A stretch of 64,000 nt of DNA. Origin: an uncultured delta proteobacterium (GTDB taxonomy: Bacteria; Desulfobacterota; Binatia; Binatales; Binataceae). The stretch spans positions 68,064 to 132,063 of the forward strand of contig CAVQAG010000017.1 in assembly GCA_963710455.1 (NCBI GenBank), in the 5' to 3' direction. Below are positions 59,490 through 64,000 of the stretch, piece after piece. Made by a program: the position numbers and the translations under genes. How positions within the stretch are numbered: position 1 is the first letter of the stretch; every line of letters starts with the position of its first letter. Below the pieces are notes generated by a model. That model was not told the origin of the DNA and did no database searches. It saw nothing but the letters and a program-made list of their open reading frames with translations.

Positions 59490-61136
59490 GTGGAAATGGG
59501 ATGGAAGCTCGCGTTGAAGTCGGGCAACGCGCTCTATGCATGTGCAGTATTCATGGCGCTAGTCCTCCTGACCGCCGGGTGTGGTGGAGAAAGTGGAAGC
59601 AGGGATGACGCGTCCGCCCCGATCGCGTCGCCAACTCAGACCTTGAATCCGGCACCTACTGGCACTCCCACTCCGTCACCCGCCGCAGCATGCGTATCGC
59701 CGTCAGCTTCGCCGAGTGCGGCGATCAGCGCGATCGATTTCACACCAACCAATCCGGTAATCGACAATCCGCTCTCTCCGGATTCCGCCGGCGCACCATC
59801 GACGATCACGGTGAACCTGGCGCCCCATGACGATCAGGGTAAGCCGATGACCCCGACGCCGGGAAATCCTCTCCAGGTCGAGATCTTCGGGGCGCCTGAC
59901 GGCGCAATCTCCCCGACGACGAAACCGCTGATTTCGGGCACCGCTTTTACGTTCACATACAGTGGACAGTACCTGGCGAACGACCTTCTGCTGGAGGCCT
60001 GGATTGCCAATCCGAACGGCACACCGACGCTGGGCCAATACTCAATTGGGACGACGCTGATACTGCGCAAAAATCGTCGGTCGCCAAACAAGTGCCTCTA
60101 CCAAACGACCAGTTTCGACCTGGGCACTGATTGCGCGCCCGGAACCCTGCCCGGAAACTGCGCCAACATGACGTCAAGCGCCGGTATCCAGATCCAGGCC
60201 GCGATCGGCGCATCGCCGGGCACCTTCCATCAGTACACGGTCGACACGGGATCGCTCGGGGTGCTGGTTCCACAGAGCCAGGTGCCGGCAGCGAATCCGA
60301 CACCGGGCGAAACCCAAATCATCGGTCCAGCCGGACCTGGGGTTAAATACTACGACAGTAACGGCGGGCATACTTTCAACGGCCAGTATTGGCTGGCACC
60401 GGTCACGTTTCTGCTGAGCGACGGCAAGACGACCGTTACCACACATCCGATCAAGGTTCTGGTTCTTCCCGATAGCGATCCGCTGGATTACATGGGGATC
60501 GGATTCGACCGCAATAGCACGAGGCGGGGTGACTACTTTAACTCTCCGGCCGATAACGCCTTTCTCAACGTCACCGATGGTAACGCGCACGGCTCTGACG
60601 TCAGTGCTGGCTATACGATAACTCCGAGCTTGATCATGCTAGGGGTTACCTCGACGCTGGGATTCCATACCACGCAGCTCTCATCCAATCGGTGTGTGGC
60701 GGGTGACTATACGGGAGCCGCTGGATGCTTCAGTTTCCCAGCACAGTCGGTAAGCTTTTGTGGCACGATGCTGATGGATACCGGGATCGGCGATATGTAT
60801 CTAAATCTGCGTCGTGATGCGCGGCCCGCCGGGCTTAACCAATGTACCAGCGGCAAAAACTGCGTCGTGCCCGACTTGACCGTAGTGCAAATCAACTCAG
60901 GCAAAAGCACAGCGGCTCCGCCGATGTGCTACCAGTTTGCTACCAACGCCACAAATTCGCCGCCGATCACACCGGAGCCGTCATCTGTCAACTGGAGTAC
61001 AAGTGCCTCAGACCCGACGATGAAGTTCGTCAACACCGGACGTCATCCGCTGGCCTGGTTTACCTACCTGTACGACTCCGCCTGCGGCCAGATCGGCTTC
61101 CAGCCCAACGGTGAGTACCAGCAGACGTGCAACTAG
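59490..61136 (+). CDS. Lipoprotein with putative pepsin-like aspartic protease domain (start uncertain)
   Basis: Lipobox LTAGC, Pro/Thr/Ser linker, two motifs VDTGS and MDTG, MGIGF. Confidence 0.6.
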   Translation: MEMGWKLALKSGNALYACAVFMALVLLTAGCGGESGSRDDASAPIASPTQTLNPAPTGTPTPSPAAACVSPSASPSAAISAIDFTPTNPVIDNPLSPDSAGAPSTITVNLAPHDDQGKPMTPTPGNPLQVEIFGAPDGAISPTTKPLISGTAFTFTYSGQYLANDLLLEAWIANPNGTPTLGQYSIGTTLILRKNRRSPNKCLYQTTSFDLGTDCAPGTLPGNCANMTSSAGIQIQAAIGASPGTFHQYTVDTGSLGVLVPQSQVPAANPTPGETQIIGPAGPGVKYYDSNGGHTFNGQYWLAPVTFLLSDGKTTVTTHPIKVLVLPDSDPLDYMGIGFDRNSTRRGDYFNSPADNAFLNVTDGNAHGSDVSAGYTITPSLIMLGVTSTLGFHTTQLSSNRCVAGDYTGAAGCFSFPAQSVSFCGTMLMDTGIGDMYLNLRRDARPAGLNQCTSGKNCVVPDLTVVQINSGKSTAAPPMCYQFATNATNSPPITPEPSSVNWSTSASDPTMKFVNTGRHPLAWFTYLYDSACGQIGFQPNGEYQQTCN

Positions 61137-61266
61137 GCGGTAGCGTCGGAGCGCCGCGCGCGGCAGGGACGACCTGCATCCCGTCGTATGGCAACGCGAG
61201 GCCGCCGGAGTGAAATTCTGTCGCGCGATTGCGGGCAAAGGAATTCGAATCAAAGTTAAGCTGAAA

Positions 61267-63748
61267 ATGAAGACCGCACCCAGGAATACGCCCTCTCTAA
61301 GTGTGCTGCTCGTCCTCGTCGCGATCGTCGAATTGCTGTTCAGCGCTGGCGCCGAGCCGCAAGAGCAGGTTGCCCTCGCCGGGAACCATCCCTTGGCGAA
61401 TATTCAAACCTGGGGGCCGGCTGCGGCCGAACGTCAGCTTCACCTGATGGCGATGCTCGGATTGCGCAATACCGACCGGCTCGAGCAACTGAAAACTCAA
61501 CTCCAGCAGCCGGGTTCTCCTTGGTACCATCGATGGCTGAGCAGTTCTGTCTTCGCGCGGCAGTTTGGACCCACCGGGGCTCAGTTGCAGGCGGTGACCG
61601 ATTGGCTCAAAGAGAGCGGCTTCACGATCGAGTCCGCCGACCTCGGCACGCGGGAAGTACGATTCAGCGGGTCGGTGGCGCAAATAGAGCAGGCGCTGAG
61701 CACCGCGATCGTAAGCAGCGGTCCGGAGTTCGCCAACCGGACCGATCCACAGATTCCGGCCAGCCTGGCGGGATCGATCGTAGCGCTGTTCGGCCTGAAC
61801 AATTTAAGTCCGCAGGCCGGCGCCGATGCCCACGCCGGCGGCCGCAGTGCTCGGAGTGGTTTCCCCGCTGGCGGCAGCTCCCGGCAACAAGCATTTCTCG
61901 CCGCAGGATTTCTGGCTCTTCTACAACGAGGCTCCGCCCACCAACCCGGGCGGCAATGGCGGCACCACGGCGCCCGATTGCATTGCGTTGCTGGAGAACG
62001 CCACCTTGCCGGCCGTCCCGGCACCATCTTCCTCGCCAACACCCTCGGTGCTCGATACCTTCACTACCCAGTTCAACCTTCCCCCCGTCCGAATCCAGAT
62101 CATTCCGACTGACCCGAATACCCCGCCGAGCCAGCCCACGGATAACGAGCCGCCGCTCGATGTAGAGTGGGCCCATGCGGTAGCGCCAACTACACCGATC
62201 CGCCTGTACGTCGCTACCATTCCGAATTCCACCACCAAGGCGTTCGATACGCTATCGCTGGCGGTCAGCCAGAATGTCTGCGGCGTGATCAGTTCGAGTA
62301 TCGACGACGAGAGCCCCTGTCCCGATTTGGCGCAGGTTAAGGCCTATGCCCTGGCTGATACGCAAGCGGTGATACAGGGCCAGACGTTATTTCACTCCTC
62401 CGGCGACTACGGCTCCTTCTATCCCTGCGGACAGCCTGCGAGCACGCCAGCCCAGACCGGCGTCCAGCCCAGTATCGAGGAAAGTTCGGCCAGCCCCGAC
62501 GTGACCGTGGCCGGCGGCACCCAGTTCAATCCGGTTTACGACGCCAACGGCAACACCTCGGTGCTGGCGCCGGGATTCGAAAACGTGTGGCAGTCTTTCA
62601 CTCCTGTGCCGTCGCCTACCCCCGCGGCACCGGCGAAAGGCACGAGCGGCGGCGGGATTAGTGTGATTTTCCCGGCTCCGTCATGGCAGGCCTCTATCGT
62701 TCCCTATGGACTCGGCGCACCACTCGCCATGCGCGGCGTGCCGGACGTTTCGGCCGGCGCCAGCTCGAGTCAACCGGGCTATTGGATTGCCACCACCGTC
62801 AAGTGTACGAAAGTGACACCCTGCTTTCTCGGCGACGGAGGAACCAGCGCCAGTTCGCCGATCTGGGCAGGAATTTCGCGGCTGATCGCGCAAAGTTCCA
62901 ATACCACGCGCCTGGGCAATATCAATCCGCAACTGTATCAGCTGGCGGCCAGCGGAAGTCCGGCCCTGGTTGACGTGTCGCAACTCGGCAATAACTGCAC
63001 ATTCGATATGTGCGATCTTTATCCGGGTTACGAAGTCGGTCCGGGTTATGATCTGGGCACTGGCCTCGGCAGCCCCAATATCCAAAACTTGATCGCGGCA
63101 TTCCAACCGGCTGCCGGCGCTGAGGCGAGCGCTTCCGACCTCGTTGCCAACGGGCGAAACGGCCAGACCGTGTTCGCGGGCAGCTTGAGCATTACCAACA
63201 TCACCAACTCTACCGAGACGATCACTTCGATAACCGTGGCATTGAGCAACCCGGGCTTGTTCTCCGGCCTGACCATGAGCGGCGCGGTGAACGGCGGAGC
63301 ATCGCAGACCGCCATCACCGGAACCCTGGGCAGTAGCACGGGCTTCACTTTCAATCCGCCGCTAAGCCTACCGGCCGGGGCCGTGGCGCAGTTCACGCTG
63401 GACGCCACGCTCTCACCGAACGCCGCGCGGGCCGAAACTTCGGGCAGGTATGCCGGTCTGCCGCCGGGAGGCGGATCGCGAAGCCACTTGCCGATCGGCG
63501 CAACCTTGGGATTGCTGGGAATCGGCCTGCTGGCGATCCCCGCCGGCAAGCGCCGCCGCGCGCTCGTAATCGCGGCGCTAATCACGGCGGTTTTTTGTCA
63601 GCCTGGCTGCGGCGGCGACAGTTCGCGCGCCATGAGTTCTTCGCAGCAGGAGGTGCCGGCGGGCGGTGTTGCCACCACCAACTCGTACGGAGCAGTGCGC
63701 GTGCAGGGCCTGCCCGCCACCATGAGCACGATCCGGTTGGTCAGCTAG
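61267..63748 (+). pseudogene. S53 sedolisin/kumamolisin-type protease with prodomain, frameshifted at ~61808-61890 (pseudogene or sequencing error)
   Basis: Frame A: signal peptide plus prodomain (PGSPWYHRWLS, FGP, WLKESGF, GLNN). Frame B: FSPQDF, EPPLDVEWAHAVAP, SSGDYG, RGVPDVS, GGTSASSP, GYDLGTGLGSP. Confidence 0.82.
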
Positions 63749-64000
63749 TCCGCTGTCAGAAGATGAACATCAGCGTCGCGAGGATGGTATCCATCCCATG
63801 ATAAGTCGAGGCGGTTGCCGCGCAGGTGCCGAGCCCCGGGCATGGGAAAAAGATCAACGGCTTGCTGCTCGGAAACGGTTTGCGGCTGGATTCGTCGTGA
63901 CGGTACTCGAACCTGCCGACGAGCCATTCTGCGAGCTTGAAATTGATTCCAGCCGTTATATCCCACAGCGTCTGGGGCAGGCCGGTATCGAAGCCGTCGA

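Overview
A 64 kb bacterial chromosomal window, GC-rich by eye (not computed). The gene set and style suggest a soil deltaproteobacteria-like lineage such as Candidatus Binatota, but that is inference only. About 58 CDS can be supported. Housekeeping genes include pyrD, thyX, a uracil-DNA glycosylase, mtnA, a peptide ABC transporter, a partial complex I cluster (nuoH-J-K-L-M-N), rsmD-coaD-aspartate aminotransferase, groEL, rimI, carD, ispD and cysK-larE. One intact IS256-family element has 37-38 bp terminal inverted repeats and a 9 bp target duplication. Two genes are frameshifted: a molybdopterin oxidoreductase and an S53 sedolisin. No rRNA, tRNA or CRISPR array was seen. The best candidates for unexplored biology are: (1) a ppx - tmk-like - tmk-like - CHAD - sixA operon, where a pair of thymidylate-kinase-fold proteins sits in a polyphosphate module with no ppk; (2) a luxE - luxC - class-III aminotransferase - degenerate histidine kinase operon without luciferase, consistent with an acid-to-aldehyde-to-amine pathway; (3) a small basic coiled-coil/Gly-linker/winged-helix-like protein next to an AT-rich region, built like a nucleoid-associated silencer; (4) a degenerate PIN-like ORF at the end of the nuo cluster; (5) adjacent pepsin-like and sedolisin surface proteases. 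All assignments come from motif reading; no database searches were run.
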